In this document: piece by piece, positions 10,506-20,599 of the stretch
Layout: the number at the start of each line of letters is the position of its first letter
Numbering within the stretch: the stretch's first letter is position 1
NCBI GenBank assembly: GCA_947258655.1
Contig: CAMYJD010000001.1
Span: 17,242-81,241 of the forward strand
Direction: 5' to 3'
Length of the DNA: 64,000 bases
Origin: an uncultured Gammaproteobacteria bacterium
GTDB taxonomy: Bacteria > Pseudomonadota > Gammaproteobacteria > JAADHQ01
Program-made: the position numbers and the translations under genes
The notes under the pieces: model-generated
Database searches by the model: none
Told to the model about the DNA's origin: nothing
What the model saw: the letters and a program-made list of their open reading frames with translations, nothing else

Positions 10506-12767
10506 TCAGCTTTCCAGCAATTCCTCGTCTTCATATTCCAGCACCAGATCACCCTCCTTAACGGTTACGTGAATATGACCACCATGTGCAAGTTTGCCAA
10601 ACAGCAGCTCTTCTGCCAGCGGTTTCTTAATGTGATCACTGATTAGACGCGCCATCGGCCGTGCACCCATCTTCGGGTCATAGCCATGTTCCGCTATCCA
10701 GTTACGGGCCTTCATGTCGATATCGATACTGGCCTTCTTCTGTTCCAGTTGTGTCTCCAGTTCGATGATGAATTTATCGACCACATGTCCGATATGGCTT
10801 TTATCCAGTGACTGAAACTGGATGACCGCATCGAGACGATTTCTGAATTCAGGTGTAAATGCCTTTTTGATCGCCTCCATACCATCGCTGGAGTGGTCCT
10901 GACGGGTAAAGCCTATGGATTCCCTGCTGATTCTGTCAGCACCGGCATTGGTAGTCATGACCAGTACGACATTACGAAAATCAGCACTGCGTCCATTATT
11001 GTCTGTCAGCGTGCCATGGTCCATGACCTGCAATAACAGATTAAAGACATCCGGATGTGCCTTCTCGATTTCATCCAGCAATAAGACCGCATGGGGGTGC
11101 TTAATGACTGCATCGGTCAGCAGGCCACCCTGGTCGAAGCCAACATAACCCGGTGGCGCACCAATCAACCGCGATACGGTGTGACGCTCCATATACTCGG
11201 ACATATCAAAGCGAATCAGTTCAATGCCCATAATCTTGGCCAGTTGGCGTGTCACCTCGGTCTTGCCGACACCTGTCGGTCCCGCAAACAGGAAAGAACC
11301 AATCGGCTTTTCTTCATTACCAAGACCTGAACGCGACATCTTGATCGCTGCCGACAATGCCTCGATAGCATTATCCTGTCCGTACACAACCAGTTTGAGA
11401 TCCCGCTCCAGATTGCGCATCGCATCCAGGTCAGTAACGGAAACACTCTTCGGTGGAATTCGTGCAATCTTGGCTATGATATTTTCGATATCGGTGACGC
11501 CAATTGTCTTCTTGCGTTTTGATGGCGGTTGCAGTTGCATATTGGCCCCGGCCTCATCGATGACATCAATCGCCTTATCAGGGAGGTGCCTGTCATTTAT
11601 ATAACGCTCGGATAATTCGACTGCAACGCGTAATGCCTTCGGCGAGTATTTGATCTTGTGATGTTCCTCAAAACGGCTTTTCAATCCTTTCAGGATCTTG
11701 ACCGTATCTTCGATACTGGGCTCCTCAACGTCAATCTTCTGGAAACGTCTTGCCAGCGCCCTGTCCTTCTCAAATATGCCCCGGTATTCCTGATAAGTCG
11801 TCGATCCTATGCATTTGAGTGTGCCATTTGCCAACATTGGCTTGATCAGGTTGGAGGCATCCATAACACCTCCGCTTGCCGAGCCCGCACCAATAATGGT
11901 ATGAATCTCATCAATAAACAAAACAGCGCCATGTTCTTTTTTCAACTGTGCCAACACAGCTTTCAGGCGCTTCTCAAAATCACCCCGGTATTTAGTGCCG
12001 GCTACCAACGCGCCCAGATCAAGTGAATATATAGTGCTGTCTGACAGCACCTCGGGTACCTGTTTATCGACGATCATCTTTGCCAGGCCTTCAGCTATGG
12101 CGGTCTTGCCTACTCCGGCCTCTCCAACCAGGATCGGATTATTCTTCCTGCGTCGGCACAGGATCTGTACGGTTCTTTCTACTTCCTGTTCACGGCCGAT
12201 CAGAGGGTCAATCTTGCCCTGTATCGCCAACTGGTTAAGGTTTTCAGCGAAGGACTCCAGTGCAGATTTACTGCTTTCCTGAACCTGCGAGTCTTCTTCG
12301 ACAAGATCGTCGCTGCTGCCAGCACCATCCTCCCCAATTTTGGAAATGCCATGAGAAATATAATTAACGACATCCAGCCTGGAGATATTTTGCTTGTTCA
12401 GGAAATATACGGCCTGCGATTCCTGTTCACTGTAAATAGCGACCAGGACATTGGCGCCGGTCACCTCTTCATGACCGGAAGATTGCACATGTAATACTGC
12501 ACGTTGGAGGACGCGCTGAAATCCCAACGTGGGCTGGGTCTCGCGTAAATCATTCGGGCCGAGCACCGGCGTTGTTTCCTCGAGAAAATTTTTCAGTTCG
12601 GATTTAAGCTGATCAAGATCGGTACCACATGCCCTGAGCACTTCGGCCGCCGTCGGATTGTCCGTTAAGGACAACAGCAGATGCTCCACTGTCATGAATT
12701 CATAGCGCCTCTCTCTGGCCTCATTAAAAGCCTGGTTAAGGGTAAATTCCAGTTCTTTGCTCAGCAT
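10506..12767 (-). CDS. clpA: ATP-dependent Clp protease ATP-binding subunit ClpA
   Basis: Two AAA+ modules (GEAGVGKT, GPTGVGKT), SIGF ClpP-binding loop, adjacent to clpS. Confidence 0.98.
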   Translation of the reverse strand: MLSKELEFTLNQAFNEARERRYEFMTVEHLLLSLTDNPTAAEVLRACGTDLDQLKSELKNFLEETTPVLGPNDLRETQPTLGFQRVLQRAVLHVQSSGHEEVTGANVLVAIYSEQESQAVYFLNKQNISRLDVVNYISHGISKIGEDGAGSSDDLVEEDSQVQESSKSALESFAENLNQLAIQGKIDPLIGREQEVERTVQILCRRRKNNPILVGEAGVGKTAIAEGLAKMIVDKQVPEVLSDSTIYSLDLGALVAGTKYRGDFEKRLKAVLAQLKKEHGAVLFIDEIHTIIGAGSASGGVMDASNLIKPMLANGTLKCIGSTTYQEYRGIFEKDRALARRFQKIDVEEPSIEDTVKILKGLKSRFEEHHKIKYSPKALRVAVELSERYINDRHLPDKAIDVIDEAGANMQLQPPSKRKKTIGVTDIENIIAKIARIPPKSVSVTDLDAMRNLERDLKLVVYGQDNAIEALSAAIKMSRSGLGNEEKPIGSFLFAGPTGVGKTEVTRQLAKIMGIELIRFDMSEYMERHTVSRLIGAPPGYVGFDQGGLLTDAVIKHPHAVLLLDEIEKAHPDVFNLLLQVMDHGTLTDNNGRSADFRNVVLVMTTNAGADRISRESIGFTRQDHSSDGMEAIKKAFTPEFRNRLDAVIQFQSLDKSHIGHVVDKFIIELETQLEQKKASIDIDMKARNWIAEHGYDPKMGARPMARLISDHIKKPLAEELLFGKLAHGGHIHVTVKEGDLVLEYEDEELLES

Positions 12768-12788
12768 ATCAGCACCATCACTTTTAAA

Positions 12789-13109
12789 TCAGGCCGTCTC
12801 CATTGCGCATAACAATGGATGTTGATGAGTTCGAGAATATTCATTAACCTGCGCAACCTTGGTTTCAGCAACATCTCTGGTAAATAAACCGCAGACACCC
12901 TTGCCGCGGGTATGAACATGCAGCATGATCTGGGTCGCCTTTTCCCTGTTCATGGAGAAGAACTTTTCCAGTATCTGTACTACAAACTCCATAGGAGTGT
13001 AATCGTCATTATGAATAATGACTTTATACATCGGCGGTACTTTTAAATCCGGTCGCGCCTCTTCCAGCGCAGTATCATCACCTGATGAAGACTTCTTTAT
13101 ATTACTCAT
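12789..13109 (-). CDS. clpS: Clp protease adaptor ClpS
   Basis: [33 protein letters not shown]. Confidence 0.98.
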   Translation of the reverse strand: MSNIKKSSSGDDTALEEARPDLKVPPMYKVIIHNDDYTPMEFVVQILEKFFSMNREKATQIMLHVHTRGKGVCGLFTRDVAETKVAQVNEYSRTHQHPLLCAMETA

Positions 13110-13264
13110 ATCAATAATTCTAATACAATTTTTTCAATTTTCACGATTCTGAATCCACATAACACTCAAACTTTTGCTGCGCTTTCATAATAACAGAATC
13201 AGGCCCATGTTATAGCGCTTGTGACTTAACCTTTAATTAATTATGGTTAAGCATAAATTAATAC

Positions 13265-13292
13265 TTGACTAATATACTCCGAGGAATAAAGT
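13265..13292 (+). promoter_or_regulatory. Candidate sigma-70 promoter of cspD
   Basis: TTGACT (13265-13270), 16-nt spacer, TAAAGT (13287-13292). Confidence 0.45.
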
Positions 13293-13375
13293 GTATGGTA
13301 CAGGTCACCTATAATTACATCAAACCTGTAGGGAGTAATGGTGTCATCCTGTACAAATTTCAAGATCGACATCAT

Positions 13376-13403
13376 TTGATTAAAGGCTATTGATTAAAGG
13401 CTA
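13376..13403. repeat. Perfect 14-bp tandem duplication
   Basis: TTGATTAAAGGCTA twice (13376-13389, 13390-13403). Confidence 0.9.
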
Positions 13404-13438
13404 TCTAGCCGATCGCAACAACAAGAGGTGGAAGTCAC

Positions 13439-13645
13439 ATGGCATCTGGAACGGTCAAATGGTTTAGTAATTCAAAAGGATATGGCTTCATCATGTCAGC
13501 CGATACCGATGAAGATATTTTTGCTCATTTTTCTGCCATTGAAATGGATGGGTATAAAACCCTGAAGCAGGGCCAACCCGTCGAATTCGATGTCACCGAA
13601 GGACCAAAGGGCTTAACCGCAACAAAAATCCGCTTGCCGAATTAG
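13439..13645 (+). CDS. cspD: Cold-shock domain protein CspD
   Basis: GTVKWF, KGYGFI, DIFAHFSAIEMDGYKTLK; divergent from clpS as is typical for cspD. Confidence 0.92.
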   Translation: MASGTVKWFSNSKGYGFIMSADTDEDIFAHFSAIEMDGYKTLKQGQPVEFDVTEGPKGLTATKIRLPN

Positions 13646-13667
13646 CTGGCCCGGTGAAACATATATT

Positions 13668-13694
13668 CCCGGATCGCTGATAGACTGATCCGGG
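13668..13694. terminator. Hairpin between convergent cspD and GGDEF-EAL genes
   Basis: CCCGGATC ... GATCCGGG inverted repeat; weak U-tract. Confidence 0.45.
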
Positions 13695-13824
13695 CTTCAG
13701 ATAGATAGCTGCCATTAAAGATACTGTTAATGGCCATAGTCTCTTTTGCTCCAATATAAACTCATTCGCAACGGTGCTGTATTATTCTTAAGCATCTCGA
13801 GTCAATGCATGCACGGGCATGTCG

Positions 13825-16704
13825 TCAACGGATAGGAATCACCGAAGCCGGAGATTGATCGACTATCTGCTCAACGGGCTTGCCCGTATAATAGCCCTGT
13901 ATATAATCTACCCCGATCTCCTGCAACAGCGATAGTACCGCGGCATTCTCGACAAACTCTGCAATCGTTTGCTTGCCCATCACATGGGCAATCTCGTTCA
14001 TTGATTTAACCATGGCCCGGTTAAAGTCGTTATGGTCCATATCCTTGACGAATGCGCCATCGATCTTGACAAAATCGGCAGGCAGGTCCTTCAAATAGGC
14101 ATAGGAGGAATAACCTGCGCCATAATCATCCAGCGCGGTTTTACAACCCAGGTCTCTGAGGTATTGTAGAAACTGCGTTGCTTTGTGCATATGCGAAATG
14201 GCATTGCTCTCGGTTATTTCAAATATCAAACGACTGGGAGACACACTACTCTCCTCCAGAGCCTTTTCAATAATCTTGATAATGCTGAAATCGCCGATTG
14301 ATTGTGCAGACATATTGATTGAAAATCTTAACTGTCGTCCTTGTCGCTGATATTTTGATAACAGATTAATCGCATTCCTGATCACCCAGATATCAATATC
14401 CCTCATTAGATTAAAACGCTCGGAGGATGGCAAAAATCCAGAAGGCATCAGTAATTGCTTGTTCTCACCCAGCATCCTGATCAGGACTTCATAACAATAA
14501 ATGTCTTTATTATCTGCTGTTTTTATTGGCTGCATAACCAGGCGGAAATTATCATTACGGATCGCCTCCTTGATCGATTGCGCCAGCCCCATTTGCCCGC
14601 GTAATTGATCCTTGTCTCGACTATCATCCTGGCTAAAGACATAAACACGGTTGCGTCCCAACTGTTTTGCCATCTGACAGGCGAAATCGGCACGGGTAAT
14701 AAATTCATCCGTACCCCTGACATCTTCAACTAGCATCGATACACCGATGGTACAACCAACATCGAGCACCTTACCCTGCTCATAAAATGTAAAATCGGCA
14801 ATCATCGACTGGTATTTATGCGCCACATCGCTGGCCAGTTTCTGGTCCAGGTTATAGAGAATAACTGCAAACTCGTCACCACCCAGCCTTGCCAGTAGAT
14901 CGCCCTTGCGCACTTTGGACTTGAGTAGACTGGAAACCTCGATCAAAACCTTGTCACCGGCATTGTGTCCATAGGAATCATTGACCATTTTGAAATTATC
15001 CAGATCGATAAACAACAGGGCGCAGTCGGGCACATTTTTCCTGTTTGCCCGGTCAACCAGACGTTCCAGTTCTTCGGTGAAATAGCGCCGGTTATACAAG
15101 CCGGTTAATGAATCCTTATCCGCCAGGTTTTGCAGGCGGTTGGTCAGTGCCTTTTGGTCAGTAATATCCGACACCAGCGATATATAATAGACCAGGCCAT
15201 GATGTATCATTCTACTCGTCTTGATAGATAAAAACCGCTCCCCACGCTCGTTGCACATCTTGACTTCGGAGAACTCCTGTCCGTTGTGGGGCTGTTTCGT
15301 CCATAGAGACATCCATTCGGCTTCGCTGGTTTCAGCCGCATCGCGTGACAAAATCGACACTGATTTCCCTATTACTTCAAGTTTAGGTCTGGTGAACAGT
15401 TCTTCTGCCGCCGGATTGAATGATTCGATAACACCCTGGGCATTCGTTATCACGATTCCCTCTACAGCGTTTTGCATGATAGATTGCAAACGTAATTGCC
15501 GGCTATCCACCTGCTCTTTCATGTTATTAAAGGCAGCAATCAGTAATTCCGACTCGGCTGAAAAATAATGTCGCAGCGAAATTTCATATTCGTCATTCCT
15601 GCCCTGGGCATCGAGCGCCCTGGCTACTTCGAATAGCGGCTGTCTAATGGTTTTTTCAAACGCCAGGTAGGCCAGCATAATCAACGCATAAACAATGATG
15701 ACAAACCACCAGATATACGATGAAACCGTTGTCGATGTTTGCTGGGATAACTGCACGCGCTGCCGCAGCCTCGATGATAAAATCTTCTCGATTGATCCCA
15801 GTACGGCAAGACTCTGCGACACACGTGGTTCTATTGTATTTTCGAGAAAATAGACATCCGCGCGCCAGGCCTCATCCATAAAGGCATCGACGGTTTTACT
15901 GAACACATGACCATATTTTGAACTGGTCAGGATCATTTCATCAACCGCGCGCTTGAACATAATCGCACGATCGACCTGATAAGAGATGTCACGGATTTCA
16001 TCCAGCAATTCATCCACTCTGTCGCCATACACATTCACGGACAGGATATTATTCGGTAATACCGTCTCAAGATCACCAAATGTACCACTGCGATTGGCGA
16101 CGAACAGGCGCACTTCGCTAATGCGTCTGGTCCAGGCATAACGAATCCTGTCCAGCATCGCCAGCATCCGCGTGCTATTTACTCCGCCGATATCAGAGAT
16201 CTCGTCACTGGCTGCCTCCAGTTGCTCGGAAAAATAGAGGTTCAGGGGCTGTAATTCGTCCAGCATGATCGCAACGGCCGGATATCGTGTCCGCGCATCA
16301 CGTTGCATATCGATAATTTTATCGACGTCTGCACTGAGCCTGGTCAGTATGGCATTATGCTGCTGCGTATAGGATTTGACGTCCGCAGAAAGCTCCTGTA
16401 TCTGGCCAGTCTGAAAGTGAGCGGATAAGTCCTTAAGTACTGTTAACGTATCCAGTGTTGCTGTCTTTAGCTCGGGAGTCAGTAATAGTGTGTACTGGTA
16501 CAATAAACTATTCAGGCGCAGATATTGATCATTGATGGCCTTGAGCGCAGCGCTGGCAGTATTATACTCGCTGATCAATGCAGTGCCCGTACGGGTATCA
16601 TCACGAACAATTTGGCTGGTATAGATAGCCATCACCAGCATACCCAAAGCCAGCATGACGGCGACAACGACAAAACGACCTTTAAAACTGTGTAGTATCG
16701 ACAT
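13825..16704 (-). CDS. Membrane-anchored PAS-GGDEF-EAL c-di-GMP signalling protein
   Basis: Two TM segments flanking a long periplasmic region, PAS (GIVITNAQGVIESFNPAAEELF), RKGD...GGDEF, EVLIRM, FEITES, DDYGAGYSS, KIDG, IAEFVE, QGY. Confidence 0.93.
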   Translation of the reverse strand: MSILHSFKGRFVVVAVMLALGMLVMAIYTSQIVRDDTRTGTALISEYNTASAALKAINDQYLRLNSLLYQYTLLLTPELKTATLDTLTVLKDLSAHFQTGQIQELSADVKSYTQQHNAILTRLSADVDKIIDMQRDARTRYPAVAIMLDELQPLNLYFSEQLEAASDEISDIGGVNSTRMLAMLDRIRYAWTRRISEVRLFVANRSGTFGDLETVLPNNILSVNVYGDRVDELLDEIRDISYQVDRAIMFKRAVDEMILTSSKYGHVFSKTVDAFMDEAWRADVYFLENTIEPRVSQSLAVLGSIEKILSSRLRQRVQLSQQTSTTVSSYIWWFVIIVYALIMLAYLAFEKTIRQPLFEVARALDAQGRNDEYEISLRHYFSAESELLIAAFNNMKEQVDSRQLRLQSIMQNAVEGIVITNAQGVIESFNPAAEELFTRPKLEVIGKSVSILSRDAAETSEAEWMSLWTKQPHNGQEFSEVKMCNERGERFLSIKTSRMIHHGLVYYISLVSDITDQKALTNRLQNLADKDSLTGLYNRRYFTEELERLVDRANRKNVPDCALLFIDLDNFKMVNDSYGHNAGDKVLIEVSSLLKSKVRKGDLLARLGGDEFAVILYNLDQKLASDVAHKYQSMIADFTFYEQGKVLDVGCTIGVSMLVEDVRGTDEFITRADFACQMAKQLGRNRVYVFSQDDSRDKDQLRGQMGLAQSIKEAIRNDNFRLVMQPIKTADNKDIYCYEVLIRMLGENKQLLMPSGFLPSSERFNLMRDIDIWVIRNAINLLSKYQRQGRQLRFSINMSAQSIGDFSIIKIIEKALEESSVSPSRLIFEITESNAISHMHKATQFLQYLRDLGCKTALDDYGAGYSSYAYLKDLPADFVKIDGAFVKDMDHNDFNRAMVKSMNEIAHVMGKQTIAEFVENAAVLSLLQEIGVDYIQGYYTGKPVEQIVDQSPASVIPIR

Positions 16705-16849
16705 TCAGGATTACTGTCCGGCGTATGATTAAACCCGCCACAAATAGCAATGATTATAAAGATCCAGCTCTATTGCTGTTTTTCCGGGTTTTTGCCAAAT
16801 AGACCAATACATGATACAAAAACACCCAATTACAGCCAAGCCACTATTG

Positions 16850-16876
16850 TTAGCGACAAAATGGCCAACAAACTGA
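16850..16876 (-). promoter_or_regulatory. Weak sigma-28-like promoter
   Basis: Minus strand TCAG-N15-GTCGCTAA upstream of the GGDEF-EAL gene (consensus TAAA-N15-GCCGATAA). Confidence 0.35.
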
Positions 16877-16932
16877 AATAGCTGGCTAACGTTTTTAAAC
16901 AATATTCATAATTATCCAACAATATCCCAGCC

Positions 16933-17379
16933 ATGACCAGGAAACCTCACGTTACCGTTGCTGCCATAGCACAAAAAAAGGGCAAATTCCTGATGGTAGA
17001 GGAATTAATCGATGGACGGATGCGCTACAACCAGCCTGCCGGACATCTTGAGCCGGGCGAGACACTGGTTGCGGCCGTTATTCGAGAAACGCTGGAAGAA
17101 ACCGCCTGGCATTTCAGGCCGGATTCGATTACGGGTATCTATCAGTGGCACAATGCAGAGAATGACACATCTTATGTCAGGTTCTGTTTTGCCGGCGCTT
17201 GCCTGCAACACGATCAACAACGCCCACTCGACACCGATATCCACCAGGCCATGTGGCTGAGTCTGGAAGAAATCGAAGATAGAAGTGATGCCCTGCGAAG
17301 CCCTATGGTCTTACACTGCCTGCGTGATTATGTGCATGGCTGTCGCCAGCCTTTATCGATCCTGACCGGACTTGAGTAG
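16933..17379 (+). CDS. nudJ: NUDIX hydrolase, NudJ/YmfB-like
   Basis: [40 protein letters not shown]; coupled to mnmA. Confidence 0.88.
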   Translation: MTRKPHVTVAAIAQKKGKFLMVEELIDGRMRYNQPAGHLEPGETLVAAVIRETLEETAWHFRPDSITGIYQWHNAENDTSYVRFCFAGACLQHDQQRPLDTDIHQAMWLSLEEIEDRSDALRSPMVLHCLRDYVHGCRQPLSILTGLE

Positions 17380-18458
17380 TGCAGCATAAGAATAAAATCA
17401 TCGTAGGAATGTCCGGTGGGGTCGATTCATCGGTCGCAGCCCTGCTGTTACTGCAACAGGGCTACGAGGTGGAAGGCCTGTTCATGAAAAACTGGGAGGA
17501 AGACGACACGGACAGCTTGTGCTCAGCAGCTGAGGACCTGAAGGATGCAACATCGGTATGTAACACGCTTGGCATCCCGTTACATAGCGTAAATTTCTCA
17601 ACCGAATACTGGGACCGCGTGTTTGAATATTTTCTGGCCGAATACCGTGCCGGGCGTACACCGAATCCAGATGTGATGTGCAACAAGGAGATTAAATTCA
17701 GGGCCTTTCTCGATTATGCCCTGCAACTGGGCGCCTCCGCCATCGCCACCGGTCACTATGCCCGTATCGATCGGCAACAGGGAAAATATCGCCTCAAAAA
17801 GGGCCTCGATCAGAGCAAGGACCAGAGTTATTTCCTCTATACGCTGGGGCAACAACAACTGGCTAATAGCCTGTTCCCTGTCGGCGAACTGGAAAAAACG
17901 GCCGTGCGTGCCATCGCTGCTGAAAATCGCTTTAGCAATGCGCGCAAGAAAGACAGCACCGGGATCTGTTTTATCGGCGAGAGAAATTTCAGGGAATTCC
18001 TGCAGACATACCTGCCTGCGCAACCGGGCGAAATACGCACAGCAGATAATCGATTGATCGGTACGCACCAGGGACTGATGTACTATACCCTTGGTCAACG
18101 CCAGGGCCTGGGCATTGGCGGGCAAAAACAGGGATCAGAAGAGCCCTGGTATGTGGTCGATAAATACCTTGATAATAATACGCTAATTGTTGCACAGGGA
18201 CATAATCATCCGCTTTTATTTAAAAACAAACTGATTGCTAAGGATTTGCATTGGATAGACGAAATAATGCCCAATGAACCATTTTTTTGTAGTGCCAAAA
18301 CCCGATACCGGCAACCAGACCAGGCCTGTGAGGTACTCCCACAGAACAGTGATTGCGTGCAAGTCGTATTCAGCGAAGCACAACGTGCTGTTACACCGGG
18401 ACAATCGGTTGTATTCTATCAGCAAGATATCTGCCTGGGCGGCGGTATTATCTGTTAA
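17379..18458 (+). CDS. mnmA: tRNA 2-thiouridine(34) synthase MnmA
   Basis: [45 protein letters not shown]. Confidence 0.98.
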   Translation: MQHKNKIIVGMSGGVDSSVAALLLLQQGYEVEGLFMKNWEEDDTDSLCSAAEDLKDATSVCNTLGIPLHSVNFSTEYWDRVFEYFLAEYRAGRTPNPDVMCNKEIKFRAFLDYALQLGASAIATGHYARIDRQQGKYRLKKGLDQSKDQSYFLYTLGQQQLANSLFPVGELEKTAVRAIAAENRFSNARKKDSTGICFIGERNFREFLQTYLPAQPGEIRTADNRLIGTHQGLMYYTLGQRQGLGIGGQKQGSEEPWYVVDKYLDNNTLIVAQGHNHPLLFKNKLIAKDLHWIDEIMPNEPFFCSAKTRYRQPDQACEVLPQNSDCVQVVFSEAQRAVTPGQSVVFYQQDICLGGGIIC

Positions 18459-18492
18459 AAAACGACAAGCAACTATCAAAACCTAACCGACA

Positions 18493-19299
18493 ATGGATAT
18501 GCAACAACAGAATTCAGGCATCATCAAGGTCAACAACCTGGTATGCCACTATGGCGACCGTCAGATCCTCCATGATGTCAATCTGGACGTCAGGGAAGGC
18601 GAGATCATGGTGATCATGGGTGGTAGCGGCTCGGGGAAAACAACATTGCTGCGGAGCATATTGGGCCTCAACAGGCCTTCTAGTGGCAGCGTCCGCCTGA
18701 TGAACAAGGAAATCACATCCCTGTCCACACGTGAACTGTACAAGATCCGCCAGCAATTTGGTGTGTCATTCCAGGGTGGTGCGCTGTTCAGCTCGATGTC
18801 GGTCAAGGAGAACATCCAGCTACCCCTGTGTGAACATACTCAATTGGATCAGAAGACCATGGATATCATGTGCCGCCTCAAGCTGGAAGTGGTCAATCTA
18901 TCCGGATTCGAGGAACTTATGCCAGCTGAACTGTCGGGCGGCATGCTAAAAAGAGTCGCGCTGGCACGTGCAATTATCATGGATCCGAAGCTGCTGTTCT
19001 TTGATGAACCCTCGGCCGGCCTCGATCCGGTGGTTTCAGCAGAGCTGGATGAATTGATCATCAGGCTCAAGGATGCAATGAATATGACCATCGTCGTTGT
19101 CACCCATGAACTCGATAGCGCGTTCCGTATCGCCGATCGCATCACCGTTCTCGATCATGGTTCGGTACTGATCACCGGCAGCGTAGACGAAGTTAAGAGC
19201 TGTGATAACGAACGTGTGCAAAACCTGCTCAACCGTCGTCCTCGCAATGAAAGTATCGACGCCGATGAATACCTTAAACGACTGACAGGAAGCAAGTGA
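18493..19299 (+). CDS. mlaF: ABC transporter ATP-binding protein, MlaF/Ttg2A family
   Basis: GGSGSGKTT, FQGGALFSSM, PAELSGGMLKRVALARA, DEPSAGLDP, VTHE. Confidence 0.88.
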   Translation: MDMQQQNSGIIKVNNLVCHYGDRQILHDVNLDVREGEIMVIMGGSGSGKTTLLRSILGLNRPSSGSVRLMNKEITSLSTRELYKIRQQFGVSFQGGALFSSMSVKENIQLPLCEHTQLDQKTMDIMCRLKLEVVNLSGFEELMPAELSGGMLKRVALARAIIMDPKLLFFDEPSAGLDPVVSAELDELIIRLKDAMNMTIVVVTHELDSAFRIADRITVLDHGSVLITGSVDEVKSCDNERVQNLLNRRPRNESIDADEYLKRLTGSK

Positions 19300-20090
19300 T
19301 GATTCGCAGACCCATAGAAAAACTCGGTCGGGAGATCATCGATTTCACCCATACCACTGGGATGATGGGCATCTTTCTGTTTCAGTGCCTGTGGCACGTA
19401 TTCACACCGCCGCACAAATTACATGCGATTATCAAGCAAACCTATTTTATTGGCTCACGCTCCAGCGTGGTGATTATTTTTACCGGTATGTTTACCGGCA
19501 TGGTTCTGGCCTTGCAAGGCTACCATAACCTGAAAGACTTCGGCTCTACCGACCTGCTTGGTTCCGCGGTCGGGCTTGGGCTGATCCAGGAACTCGGCCC
19601 GGTGTTAACGGCATTAATGGTGATAGGCAGGGCCGGTTCGGCAATGTGTGCCGAAATCGGCATTATGCGTCATTCGGAACAGATTGATGCACTGGAATGT
19701 ATGGGTATAGATCCATACCGTTTCCTGATGGTACCGAAATTCATCGCGGCCTTGCTGTCATTGCCGATCCTGACCTTCCTGTTCGACGTGGTCGGCATAC
19801 TCGGCGGTTACCTTGTCGGCGTGCAACTGATGGGTATCAGTGAAGGATCATATTTTCAGGGCATGTATGATTCGGTCGACTGGGTCGATGTACAACTGGG
19901 TTTCGTCAAATCCATGATCTTTGCAATACTGATAGTCTGGATTGCAACCTTCAAGGGCTATTTTCTTCATGTTCTGAAGTCAGGTGGCCACGGCGCTGAA
20001 GGTGTCAGTCGGGTTACGACAGACACCGTGGTACTTTCATCGGTGATCATCCTTGCCAGTGACTTTTTGATTGGCTCAATCATGTTGTAG
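19296..20090 (+). CDS. mlaE: ABC transporter permease, MlaE family
   Basis: FTGMVLALQ, ELGPVLTALMVIGRAGSA, EQIDALECMGIDP, GAEGVSRVTT. Confidence 0.92.
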   Translation: MMIRRPIEKLGREIIDFTHTTGMMGIFLFQCLWHVFTPPHKLHAIIKQTYFIGSRSSVVIIFTGMFTGMVLALQGYHNLKDFGSTDLLGSAVGLGLIQELGPVLTALMVIGRAGSAMCAEIGIMRHSEQIDALECMGIDPYRFLMVPKFIAALLSLPILTFLFDVVGILGGYLVGVQLMGISEGSYFQGMYDSVDWVDVQLGFVKSMIFAILIVWIATFKGYFLHVLKSGGHGAEGVSRVTTDTVVLSSVIILASDFLIGSIML

Positions 20091-20148
20091 CATTACCTTT
20101 TGATATAACAGTAATTAGCAGAAAACAGAATATTCAGGGAAACGTACT

Positions 20149-20598
20149 ATGAAAAAATCCACGCTTGAGTTGACCGTAGGTGCATTCATGATTATTGGTC
20201 TGGTCTGTTTTTCCTACCTGGCCGTTATTGTCGGTGGCGTAGACTGGTTTAATGACGAAAGTTACCGTGTCAAGGCACGCTTCAATTCCATATCGGGTCT
20301 CAAACAGGGTGCCGTCGTCGAGATCGCCGGCGTCAAGGTCGGCAAGGTTGAGAATATCGACCTTGATAATGGTGAATATGAAGCCGTGGTGGAACTTTCC
20401 CTGCAAAACGGCGTTCAACTACAGGAAGACAGTATTGCTTCGATACGAACCGCCGGAATTATTGGTGATCGTTTTGTCAATATCAAACCGGGGGGTTTAG
20501 AAGATTTGATCGAGCCGGGGGGAATGATCGTTGAAACCGAGTCAGCGATCAGTCTGGAAGAACTAATCAGTAAATACATTTTTGAAAGTGAAAACTAA
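20149..20598 (+). CDS. mlaD: MCE-domain protein MlaD
   Basis: N-terminal TM, ARFNSISGLKQGAVVEIAGVKVGKV, IRTAGIIGDRFV, ESAISLEELISK. Confidence 0.92.
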   Translation: MKKSTLELTVGAFMIIGLVCFSYLAVIVGGVDWFNDESYRVKARFNSISGLKQGAVVEIAGVKVGKVENIDLDNGEYEAVVELSLQNGVQLQEDSIASIRTAGIIGDRFVNIKPGGLEDLIEPGGMIVETESAISLEELISKYIFESEN

Positions 20599-20599
20599 T

